A stretch of DNA of 54,830 nt from Candidatus Woesebacteria bacterium GW2011_GWB1_33_22 (GTDB lineage: Bacteria; Patescibacteriota; Microgenomatia; UBA8517), in assembly GCA_000989765.1 (NCBI GenBank), contig LBOW01000011.1, forward strand, positions 1 through 54,830, read 5' to 3'. A program made the translations under genes and the position numbers. Below, in pieces: positions 54,830 to 54,830 of the stretch. The notes beneath the pieces were generated by a model. It was given only the letters and a program-made list of their open reading frames with translations. It did no database searches and was not told where the DNA came from. Every line of letters begins with the position of its first letter. The first letter of the stretch is position 1.

Positions 54830-54830
54830 A
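54792..54830 (+). CDS. 5' end of an outward-reading ORF (MKSEFVWGKIKHP..), cut by the window edge
   Basis: AGGAG at 54782, 5-nt spacer, ATG at 54792, and 13 codons to the window edge. Confidence 0.3.
   Translation, partial: MKSEFVWGKIKHP

Noticed and set aside
1-54830. Considered the terminal inverted repeats as ends of a transposon, a linear plasmid or a phage genome
   Set aside because: The interior is core chromosome (infB, nusA, dnaK, metG, rpsT, murJ) with no transposase, integrase, replication or virion genes. The arms carry a normal promoter, RBS and ORF start rather than transposon ends.

Overview
AT-rich (about one third G+C by eye), gene-dense chromosomal segment. It looks like a small-genome Patescibacteria/CPR-type bacterium: standard genetic code, compact core proteins, many polytopic glycosyltransferases. 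I saw no rRNA, CRISPR array, transposase or integrase. Core genes: a DHH-like gene, infB and nusA; a CIRCE-controlled hrcA-grpE-dnaK-(65 aa ORF)-dnaJ operon; murJ, rpsT, dprA, yraN, comM, rmuC, metG and tRNA-Cys. Accessory content: four type II toxin-antitoxin pairs (2x BrnT/BrnA, 2x PIN/VapC); a Fic protein whose catalytic His is replaced by Gln; a secreted M14 carboxypeptidase plus FG-GAP operon; a PilN/PilO-like cluster followed by anchored Cys-rich surface proteins; and two envelope glycan blocks (GT-C modules, LCP ligase, split GT2, UDP-xylose synthase, WecA-like and DPPR-synthase-like enzymes). Most unusual points: (1) at least 15 short, degenerate period-7 tandem arrays. Most sit in frame inside conserved genes (infB, dnaK, grpE, comM, helicase, UXS, GT39, FemX-like). 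One coincides with the frameshift that splits the GT2 gene. Two flank a free-standing four-helix-bundle (23S-IVS/Avd-family) gene. (2) Two families of GC-rich 20-30 bp mini-elements, also embedded in coding sequence. (3) A perfect 98-bp inverted repeat forms both window edges and carries an outward-facing gene start. (4) Three split genes. (5) Consensus promoters placed 6-9 nt from start codons, suggesting leaderless mRNAs, and a leader terminator directly in front of nusA. All calls come from reading the sequence and ORF translations; no searches were run.
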